From contig JBEKYR010000014.1 of NCBI GenBank assembly GCA_049510745.1, forward strand, positions 1-64,000: a stretch of DNA of 64,000 bases, given 5' to 3'. This document shows, one piece after another, positions 57,301 to 64,000 of this stretch. This DNA is from Verrucomicrobiota bacterium (GTDB taxonomy: Bacteria; Verrucomicrobiota; Verrucomicrobiia; Limisphaerales; Palsa-1400). The notes beneath the pieces are model-generated. The model ran no database searches and had not been told where the DNA came from. It worked only from the letters and a program-made list of their open reading frames with translations. Made by a program: the position numbers and the translations under genes. Position 1 is the stretch's first letter, and each line of letters begins with the position of its first letter.

Positions 57301-58028
57301 ATGTCTCAGCCACCCGCGGGCGGTCCGAGGCAGTGGAACTGACGCGAGATCAGAGCGGACGCGTGGCAGCCGAAGTCTCGCGGCCGGGCAAGTATGAGAT
57401 GGCGTCCGCCGACGGTCGAACCCGGCGATTCGAGTTGGCCTTCGTGCCTCAGCCCATCGAAATCACCGGACCGTGGGACTTGCGCTTCCCTCCAAACTGG
57501 GGAGCGCCGGAACACGTCACACTCGACCGGCTGATCTCATGGAGTGACCATCCCGACGCCGGCGTGAAGTACTTTTCCGGCGCCGCCACTTACTGCAAGA
57601 CGATTCAGGTCCCGGCCAGCCTGATCGAGGGGAATCGCCGGTTTTATCTGGACCTCGGCGAGGTGGCTGTCATCGCGCAAGTCAAGCTCAACGGCCAGGA
57701 CCTCGGCATCCTCTGGAAAGCGCCCTATCGCGCTGATGTCACCGGCGTTCTCCGGCCGGGGGACAACGATCTGGAGATCAAGGTCGTCAACCTTTGGATC
57801 AACCGCCTCATCGGCGACGAGCAATTGCCGGAGGACAGCGAGCGCAACAGCAACGGCACGCTCAAGCAGTGGCCGGAGTGGCTTGGGAAGGGCCAGCCCA
57901 GCCCAACCGGGCGCTTCACCTTCACCAGTTGGCGGCTTTGGCACAAGAACGATCGATTGGTTGAATCCGGACTGCTTGGCCCGGTGACCCTGCAAACATC
58001 GGCAATAGTCACTGTTGCCGCCCAATAG
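54351..58028 (+). CDS. GH106 alpha-L-rhamnosidase-like glycoside hydrolase with inserted beta-sandwich
   Basis: FANPPSSARPWVYW, GITADLEAMKRVGIGG, GWCGSGGPWITPE, HIDSWE, MGEFW, GAEAFT, GINRFVFH, SGLLGPV. Confidence 0.9.
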   Translation: MKRTVLALLAIAAIAGCMLSPDGMKGADDMAQGFANPPSSARPWVYWFPLDGNITSNGITADLEAMKRVGIGGVLYMETDQGAPEGPARFAGPLWRDLFKHICSEARRLGLEVNMNNDAGWCGSGGPWITPELSMQRVVWTVTNVSGPLVFTGTLPQPEAKLNFYRDIALLAFPTPAISYLIPNIGDKSAEGSGEIPLHTVFAALPSEAVIPRDRIVDLTARLGEGGRLVWDVPAGRWTLLRLGHTTTGVENHPAPPGGLGLESDKLSKEASDAAFAGLMAKVIADSKSLAGKGKTLVSTHIDSWETGSQNWTPRFRREFKRLRGYDPLPFLPVMTGRVVDNLEVSERFLWDVRKTVDDLLLENYAGQFHKLANRRGLRLSIEAYFGEPAEDMAYAGRADEPMGEFWSWTRYGAASSCTEMASAAHIYGKPILGAEAFTATDGEKWQGYPGSIKELGDWAFCEGINRFVFHRYALQPWTNPDRLPGMSMGPWGLHYERTQTWWEQSKAWHEYLARCQFMLRQGLFAADLCFLEPEASPQGFHSPVKSGYDRPGYGFDGCTAEVVLTRMSVKAGRLVLPDGMSYRMLVLPKVGTMTPRLLGKIKELVAAGATVVGAPPVKSPSLSDYPKCDDEVKRLAGELWGTGEPPEQATGRPFGKGKIIWGGEFRLDPEPTPQPVSQLSSGKWIWRAEGNPAEAAPPGARYFRRLLTVEAASPISSARLEMTADNSFQCWVNGQSAGSGDDWNRIVSMDLTHLLKPGANLLAVAAVNGGDHPNPAGLIGLLSIKYADGRSQEIPTDQRWEAAESASRQWISDATASDGWAAAMELGPLGMSPWNYPAMSLGNPDSIPDIDSLCRLLAAMRVPADFSFQAADASPCLRFIHRVAGGTDLYFVANKYPRPEDALCSFRVYGRRPELWRPDTGRIERAAAYDEQDGCVRLPVRFDPNGSVFVVFRDGAPVEEDRITAMSCDGAPLLTTALAESAYVSATRGRSEAVELTRDQSGRVAAEVSRPGKYEMASADGRTRRFELAFVPQPIEITGPWDLRFPPNWGAPEHVTLDRLISWSDHPDAGVKYFSGAATYCKTIQVPASLIEGNRRFYLDLGEVAVIAQVKLNGQDLGILWKAPYRADVTGVLRPGDNDLEIKVVNLWINRLIGDEQLPEDSERNSNGTLKQWPEWLGKGQPSPTGRFTFTSWRLWHKNDRLVESGLLGPVTLQTSAIVTVAAQ

Positions 58029-58056
58029 AAATCGGCGTCCGTGCCGTTCGCAAAAC

Positions 58057-59451
58057 TCAAAGCGGAGTGTTCCAGCCGCCGCCCAACGCCTTGTAAAGCT
58101 GCACCGTCGCCAGCAGTTGATTGAGCAGCGTCCGGGTCAAGGCGTCTTGCGCGGGGAAAAGTTGCTGCTGTTCTTGCAGCAATTCATAGTAGTTGGCCTG
58201 GCCGCCGAGGTAGCGCTGGCTGGCCACTTGCACGGCTTCCTGGTAGGCGGCAACGGCGCGCGCTTGCTCGAGACGTTCCCGGGCCAGTTGCTCGCGCGCC
58301 GCCAGGGCGTTGGCCACTTCCCCCAAGGCGTTCAAGACGGTGGCTTGATATTGCAGGCGGGCCTCGTCCCACTGGGCGCGCGCCTGGCGCAACTGGCCCT
58401 TGAGCATTCCGCCTTCGAAGATCGGCCCGGTCAATTCGGCCGCCGCCTCCCAGGCGTTGGCGGAGCCGGAAGTGAGCGTGGAAAGTTCCGGGCTGACCTG
58501 CCCGAAGAGCGCCGTCAGACTCAGGCGCGGGTAAAAATCCGCCTGGGCCACTCCGACGCGCGCGTTGGCGGAGCGCATCAGTTGTTCGGCCTGGCGAATA
58601 TCGGGCCGCCGCTCCAGCAGCGCGGAGGGCAGCCCGGGCGGCACGTCCGGCAGCCGTTGGTCCTCAAGCGCGGCCCGCCCGCGCGCGACGGGTCCGGGCG
58701 GCAGGCCGAGCAAAATGCGCAGTTGGTTTTCCTCAACTGCGATCTGCCGCCGCAATTCGGGGATGGCCGCCGCCGCCGCCGCCAGCGCGGCCCGGGCCGA
58801 GGCGGTCTCGAGTTTGGAGGAAACCCCGCCGCTCAGGCGCTGGCTGAATATCGCCAGGCTTTGCGCGAACGAATTGGTGCTCTCCTGGGCGATCGACAAC
58901 TCTTTGTCCAGCGCCAGCAGTTGAAAGTAAGCGCCCGCTACCTCGGCAATCAGGCTGAGGGTCACGTTGCGGCGCGCTTCCTCGGTGGCCAGGTACTGGG
59001 CGCGGGCCGATTCGTTCAGCCGGCGGATGCGCCCCCACAGGTCGATTTCCCACGAAACAGAGCCGTCGAATCCAAGGGAAGTTCCCGCCGGGCCGCCGTT
59101 GTTGCTGGGCGCGCCGGCCGTGACATTTCTCCCCGCCCCCGCCCCCGCTTCATACGCCGCCTGGGGCCAGTAGAGAGACCGGTTCTGCGCCAGGACGGCC
59201 CGCGCTTCCACGACCCGCGCCACCGCCAGGCGTAAATCATAATTATTGGTCAGCGCGGTCTGGATCAACTCCCGCAGGGCCGGGTCCTGAAACAACTCCG
59301 GCCACGGCGCGTCCCCCAGCGAATTGGTCCGCGCGCCCTCGTCGCCGCGGAAGGAGGCGGGCGGCCGGGCGTCCGGCCTTTTGTAGTCGGGGCCGACGAC
59401 GCAACCCGCGGCGAAAAGCACGCAAAGGAGGAAGGGACAAAAGCGGCTCAC
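58057..59451 (-). CDS. RND efflux outer-membrane lipoprotein (NodT/OprM family)
   Basis: AAGCVVGPDYKRP, WEIDLWGRIRR, LLERRPDIRQAE, LYKALGGGW. Confidence 0.95.
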   Translation of the reverse strand: MSRFCPFLLCVLFAAGCVVGPDYKRPDARPPASFRGDEGARTNSLGDAPWPELFQDPALRELIQTALTNNYDLRLAVARVVEARAVLAQNRSLYWPQAAYEAGAGAGRNVTAGAPSNNGGPAGTSLGFDGSVSWEIDLWGRIRRLNESARAQYLATEEARRNVTLSLIAEVAGAYFQLLALDKELSIAQESTNSFAQSLAIFSQRLSGGVSSKLETASARAALAAAAAAIPELRRQIAVEENQLRILLGLPPGPVARGRAALEDQRLPDVPPGLPSALLERRPDIRQAEQLMRSANARVGVAQADFYPRLSLTALFGQVSPELSTLTSGSANAWEAAAELTGPIFEGGMLKGQLRQARAQWDEARLQYQATVLNALGEVANALAAREQLARERLEQARAVAAYQEAVQVASQRYLGGQANYYELLQEQQQLFPAQDALTRTLLNQLLATVQLYKALGGGWNTPL

Positions 59452-62400
59452 GTTTTTTCCGCCTCCTTTTTCCCGGCGCGGCGCGAGAGGCGTTCGACCA
59501 CGTAGTAATTGACCGGGATGATGAAAATGCCCAGCAAGGTCGAGCCGAGCATCCCGCCAATGACGACGGTGCCGAGGGTTTCGCGCGAAATCCCCCCCGA
59601 GCCCGTGGCGAACCAGAGCGGAAGGCAGCCGAAGACAAAGGCGAAGGAGGTCATGAGGATGGGCCGCAGGCGGATGCGGGCGCCGGTCAGCGCCGCCTCG
59701 GCGAGGGATTTGCCGCGTTCGACTTCCCTCTTGGCAAATTCCACAATCAGGATCGCGTTTTTGGCCGACAGCCCGATCAGCACGATCAACCCGATCTGCA
59801 CATAGACATTATTCTGGAAGACATTATTCTGGAAGCGGCGCGCCCACATCGCCAGAAACGCCCCCAAAACGGCGACCGGCGTGCTGATCAAGACGCTGAA
59901 GGGCAGCGACCAGCTTTCATAGAGCGCCGCCAGGATGAGAAAGACAAAGACAAGCGACAGGCCGAAGACGGCGGCGCGCGGGACGCCTTGGGCGGCCTGC
60001 TGTTCCTGGAAGGACATCCCGAAATAGTCGTATCCCATCCCGCCGGGCATGGTCTGGGCAAAAACCGCTTCCAGGGCCTTGGTCGCCTGGTCCGAACTGT
60101 AGCCCCTGGCGGCGTTCCCGTTGATCTGCGCGCACCGGTACTCGTTGTAGTGCATGACGAACTCCGGGCCTGTCCGATGCTTGACAGTGACCAGGGCCGA
60201 GAGCGGAACGCTCTGGCCCCGGCGATTGCGGACGTAGAACAACCCCAGGTTGTCGGCGCTGGAGCGGTAGAGGTCCTCCGCCTCGACATAGACCTGCCAC
60301 TGGCGGCCGAAACGATTAAAATAGTTGACAAAATAGCCGCCCAGGAACGTTTGCAGCGTCTGGTACACCTCGCCCAGATCGACCCCTTGTTTGAGGGCCT
60401 TGTCGCGGTCCACGTCGATGAACACCTGCGGGACGCTGGGCAGGTAGGAGGTGCTCAGGCCGGACAATTCGGGGCGTTTGGCCGCCGCCTCCATGAATTT
60501 GCCCAGGTTTTCGGTCAGGAACGCGGGGTCCTTGCCGAGCCGGTCTTCCAAAATGAAGGTGAAGCCGCCGGCGGTGCCGACCCCGGGAATGGCCGGGGGC
60601 GGAAAGGCGAAGGCCCTGGCCTCCGGCAGCGCCGCCAACTCGTCGTTGATCCGCGCGCGAATGGCGTCGAATTGATCGGCCGCCGCCGTGCGTTTGTCCC
60701 ACGGCTGCAAAGTGACAAAGAACAAGGCGTTGTAGGTCGTTTGCGCCTGGCTCAGCAGGCTGAATCCCAGCACCGTCGAGTAATACTTGATGCCGGGTAT
60801 CTGCTTCAGGATGGTTTCGATCTTTTTGCAAACGGCGTCTGTCCGCGGCATGGCCGCGGCGTTGGGCAGTTGGACGTTGATGTACATGTAGCCCTGGTCC
60901 TCCTCGGGCAGGAAAGAGGACGGCAGTTTGTATCCGGCCAGCACCGCCAGGAGGGCCACGCCGGCCAGCAGCACCAAACTGAGCACGCTCCGCCGAATCA
61001 GCAGGTCGCTCCAATGCACGTAGCCGTGCCTGGCCCGGCCAAAAACGCGGTTGAACCAGTCGAAGAACCACGTCAGCGGACTGTGCGTTTGGCCTCTTGG
61101 CTTGAGGATCAGGGCGGAGAGCGCGGGGCTGAGGGAGAGGGCGTTGAAAGCCGAAAAGATCACCGAAATGGCGATGGTCAGCGCGAATTGCTGGTAAAGC
61201 CGCCCCGTGATGCCCGGAATGAAAATTGTCGGCACAAAGACCGCCGTCAATATCATGGCGATGGCCACCACCGGCCCGGATACCTCCGACATCGCTTTGA
61301 ACGCCGCATCCTTGGGCGTCATTCCTTCCTCGATGTGGCGCTCGACCGCCTCGACCACAATGATGGCGTCATCGACCACCAACCCGATGGCCAGCACCAG
61401 GCCGAAGAGCGAGAGGGTGTTGATGGAAAACCCAAAGACGGGAAAGAGGGTGAAGGTGCCGATGAGCGAGACCGGCACCGCCAGCATGGGGATGAGGGTG
61501 GCCCGCCAGCCCTGCAAAAAGATATATACTACAAGAATCACCAGCAGCATCGCCTCCCACAGCGTGGTCATGATCTCCTCGATGCCGCGGCTCACGGCCA
61601 GCGTCGTGTCCAGCGACACGGCGTAGTCCAGGTCGCGCGGAAACTGCTTTTTGAGCTCCTGCAGCAAGTCCTTGACTCCGTTGGCGGCATCGAGGGCATT
61701 GGAGCCGGGCAACTGGTAAATGGCCATGACGGCGGCCGGACGCCCATTGAAGCGGCCGACGATGCTATAGAGCTGGGCGCCCAGTTCGATGCGGGCGACA
61801 TCCTTGAGCCGCACGACCGAGCCGTCGGAGTTCTCGCGGACGACGATGTCGCCAAACTGCTCGGGCGTGACCAGCCGCCCCTGGGCGGTGGCGGCGTAGG
61901 TAAACTCCTGCGACGCCATCGAGGGGGGGCCGCCAATCTGGCCGACGGGATTGACGGTGTTCTGGCTGCCGACGGCGTTGATGACATCACTGACTGTCAA
62001 GTTGAGTTTTGCCAATTGGTCCGGCTTGACCCAAAAGCGCATGGCGTACTGGCCGGCGCCAAAAACATTGATGTTCGAGATGCCCTTGACCCGCGTGATC
62101 TGGTCCACCAGGTTGATATAGGCGTAGTTGGCCAGAAAGGTGGCGTCGTAAGTCCCCTCGGGCGAATAGAGCGCCACCAGCAACATGGGCGTGGTCGGCG
62201 ATTTGAGGATCGACACCCCGTAATTCTGCACCGCCGCCGGCAGTTGCGGCCCCGCCTGCGCCTCGCGCAATTGGGTCAGCATCTGGTCGATATTCGGATC
62301 GGTTTTGACATCGAAATTGACCACCATGCGCATGACGCCGTTGTTGGCGTTGATGGAATACATGTAATTCATGTCGTCCACCCCGCTCATTTGCTCCTCG

Positions 62401-62594
62401 ATGGGCGTGGAGATGGACTGCTGGACCGTCTCGGCATCGGCGCCGACAAACGTGGTTTGAATGCGAATCTCCGGCGGGACGACCTTGGGAAACTTCGATA
62501 TGGGCAGCGTGGCCATCGACACCAAACCGGTCAACACCATGAGAATGGCGATGACCATGGCCACGATGGGGCGGTTGATGAAAAAACGGTACAT
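59448..62594 (-). CDS. HAE1-family RND efflux permease (AcrB-like)
   Basis: MYRFFINRPIVAMV, AIGLVVDDAIIVVE, GLSAKNAILIVEFA, RLRPILMTSFAF. Confidence 0.95.
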   Translation of the reverse strand: MYRFFINRPIVAMVIAILMVLTGLVSMATLPISKFPKVVPPEIRIQTTFVGADAETVQQSISTPIEEQMSGVDDMNYMYSINANNGVMRMVVNFDVKTDPNIDQMLTQLREAQAGPQLPAAVQNYGVSILKSPTTPMLLVALYSPEGTYDATFLANYAYINLVDQITRVKGISNINVFGAGQYAMRFWVKPDQLAKLNLTVSDVINAVGSQNTVNPVGQIGGPPSMASQEFTYAATAQGRLVTPEQFGDIVVRENSDGSVVRLKDVARIELGAQLYSIVGRFNGRPAAVMAIYQLPGSNALDAANGVKDLLQELKKQFPRDLDYAVSLDTTLAVSRGIEEIMTTLWEAMLLVILVVYIFLQGWRATLIPMLAVPVSLIGTFTLFPVFGFSINTLSLFGLVLAIGLVVDDAIIVVEAVERHIEEGMTPKDAAFKAMSEVSGPVVAIAMILTAVFVPTIFIPGITGRLYQQFALTIAISVIFSAFNALSLSPALSALILKPRGQTHSPLTWFFDWFNRVFGRARHGYVHWSDLLIRRSVLSLVLLAGVALLAVLAGYKLPSSFLPEEDQGYMYINVQLPNAAAMPRTDAVCKKIETILKQIPGIKYYSTVLGFSLLSQAQTTYNALFFVTLQPWDKRTAAADQFDAIRARINDELAALPEARAFAFPPPAIPGVGTAGGFTFILEDRLGKDPAFLTENLGKFMEAAAKRPELSGLSTSYLPSVPQVFIDVDRDKALKQGVDLGEVYQTLQTFLGGYFVNYFNRFGRQWQVYVEAEDLYRSSADNLGLFYVRNRRGQSVPLSALVTVKHRTGPEFVMHYNEYRCAQINGNAARGYSSDQATKALEAVFAQTMPGGMGYDYFGMSFQEQQAAQGVPRAAVFGLSLVFVFLILAALYESWSLPFSVLISTPVAVLGAFLAMWARRFQNNVFQNNVYVQIGLIVLIGLSAKNAILIVEFAKREVERGKSLAEAALTGARIRLRPILMTSFAFVFGCLPLWFATGSGGISRETLGTVVIGGMLGSTLLGIFIIPVNYYVVERLSRRAGKKEAEKT

Positions 62595-62619
62595 CGCGCC
62601 AGGATTTAAACGGCCCGTT

Positions 62620-63789
62620 TCATTCGTGTCTGGCCCCGGCCGGCGCGGGTTTGGGCGGCGTTTCGGGCGGCGCAACGGCGAACGGTTCCGGGTCCACCAC
62701 CGTGCCCTCCCTGACCTTTTGCGTCCCTTCCACAATGACCCGCTCGCCGGGTTCCAACCCCTTTTCGATCAGCCACTCCGTACCTATCTGCTGGCCTACT
62801 TTCACGGTTTTGACATGCGCCTTGTTCTGCGCGTCCACCGTCGCCACCTGGCAGGCGCCCTGCAACTCCATCACGGCCCGTTGCGGCACGAGCAACGCCC
62901 CGTGGCGCGTTTCTGTTTTGGCCCGCACCAGCGCGTACTGGCCGGGCCGCAACTCGTCCTCCGGGTTGGCGAAGGCCGCCCCCACTTGCAGCGTCCCCGT
63001 GGTGACATCGACCTGCCGGCCGGTAAACACCCACTTGCCGCGCCGGGGATAAACCGAGCCGTCGGAGAGGACCAGCTCCAGCTCCATTTCCGCCTCGTGC
63101 GCCGCCCGCTCCCCGCTGGTGGCGTACTGCCGGAAGTGCGTCAAGTAGAATTGCTCGTTGATGCTGAAATAGACCCGGATGGGATCGACCGTCGAGACCG
63201 TCGTCAGCACGCTCCCGTTGGGGCCGGCCAGGTCGCCGATCTGCGCCAGCGCCGTGCCCGCGATGCCGTCCACCGGCGAGGTGATTCTGGTGAAATCCAG
63301 ATTCATCCGCGCGTTCTCGACCGCCGCCTTGTCGGCCTCGACCGCCGCCTTGGCCATGAGATTGGATTGGACGGCGTCGTCCAATTCCTGCTGGCTGATG
63401 GCCTGCTCTTTGGCCAGCGGCGTGTAGCGTTTGACATCCAACTCCGTCTTGCCCAGCAGGGCCTGGTCTTGCGTCAGCTTGGCGGCGGCCTGGTTGAGCA
63501 GGGCTTGAAACGGGCGCGGATCAATCTCGAAGAGCAGGTCGCCCTGCTTGACTTTGCCGCCCTCGACATAATCCTGCTTCATCAAATAACCGGTGACTTG
63601 GGCGCGAATTTCGGCGTTGGGATAGCCGTCGGAAGTGCCGATCCACTGCTGAAAGACCGGCACATCGCGCGGGGCGATGGTCAAGACCTGCACCTTGGGG
63701 GGCGCTGGTTTGGGTGCCGGCTTCTGATCGCACGAAGTGCCCCACAACGGCAGGGCCGCCGCCGCCCAGAAAATCAATCGGTTCCTCAT
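62620..63789 (-). CDS. RND periplasmic adaptor (MFP) lipoprotein
   Basis: Lipoprotein signal GTSC, EIRAQVTGY, LFEIDPRPF, ITSPVDG, LRPGQY. Confidence 0.93.
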   Translation of the reverse strand: MRNRLIFWAAAALPLWGTSCDQKPAPKPAPPKVQVLTIAPRDVPVFQQWIGTSDGYPNAEIRAQVTGYLMKQDYVEGGKVKQGDLLFEIDPRPFQALLNQAAAKLTQDQALLGKTELDVKRYTPLAKEQAISQQELDDAVQSNLMAKAAVEADKAAVENARMNLDFTRITSPVDGIAGTALAQIGDLAGPNGSVLTTVSTVDPIRVYFSINEQFYLTHFRQYATSGERAAHEAEMELELVLSDGSVYPRRGKWVFTGRQVDVTTGTLQVGAAFANPEDELRPGQYALVRAKTETRHGALLVPQRAVMELQGACQVATVDAQNKAHVKTVKVGQQIGTEWLIEKGLEPGERVIVEGTQKVREGTVVDPEPFAVAPPETPPKPAPAGARHE

Positions 63790-64000
63790 TTGGTCAAAAG
63801 AGCGCTAAAAAGCACGCAAGGCGCAAGATGCCAGAAGATTTGCCCGGCGCAAGCATCTTCGTATCTTCTTATCGTGCAAGGGCTCCCGATGGCTGAAACG
63901 CGCGGGAATGCTCTCGGGTCACAATGGGCGGCGTGGTTTTGGACTTGTTTTCTGCCGGGAGCCTGGCCTCTCCCGCCCGCCCTGTCGATCAGCGCCTTCG

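Noticed and set aside
63825..63869. AAGAT/ATCTT repeats upstream of the efflux operon as an operator
   Set aside because: Spacing is irregular and no cognate regulator is visible in the window.

Overview
High-GC bacterial DNA whose gene content (H-X9-DG prepilin-like proteins, LamG/Ig secreted protein, TIGR03435 protein, PVC-style type II secretion genes) suggests Verrucomicrobiota; the taxonomy is inferred. (1) 1-23.3 kb, minus strand: a glycan-utilisation-like locus (CBM9/transglutaminase/esterase fusion, GH3, GH20-GH29 fusion, beta-propeller kinase with a NarL-type regulator, LamG protein, H-X9-DG protein) running into a corrinoid methyl-transfer operon with a GH120 embedded in it. A 15-bp motif recurs four times upstream of its genes. 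(2) 23.4-35.3 kb: mixed genes including a basic repeat protein, a spermidine-synthase-like membrane protein, a TMTC-like TPR glycosyltransferase with an in-frame palindromic insertion, an RHH antitoxin with an internally deleted VapC, DUF4332 and TIGR03435 proteins, a repeat-rich non-coding stretch, an atypical tRNA-Gly(CCC) and a DUF11 protein. (3) 35.4-38.8 kb: a coupled DUF1257-DUF2997-pseudo signal peptidase-TPR-PilT operon. (4) 38.8-54.3 kb: a sigma54-driven operon with a periplasmic helical protein, a T2SS whose secretin is split into two signal-peptide-bearing genes, and an NtrC-type two-component system. (5) A GH106 and an RND efflux pump. All calls come from motif recognition by eye; no database searches were run.
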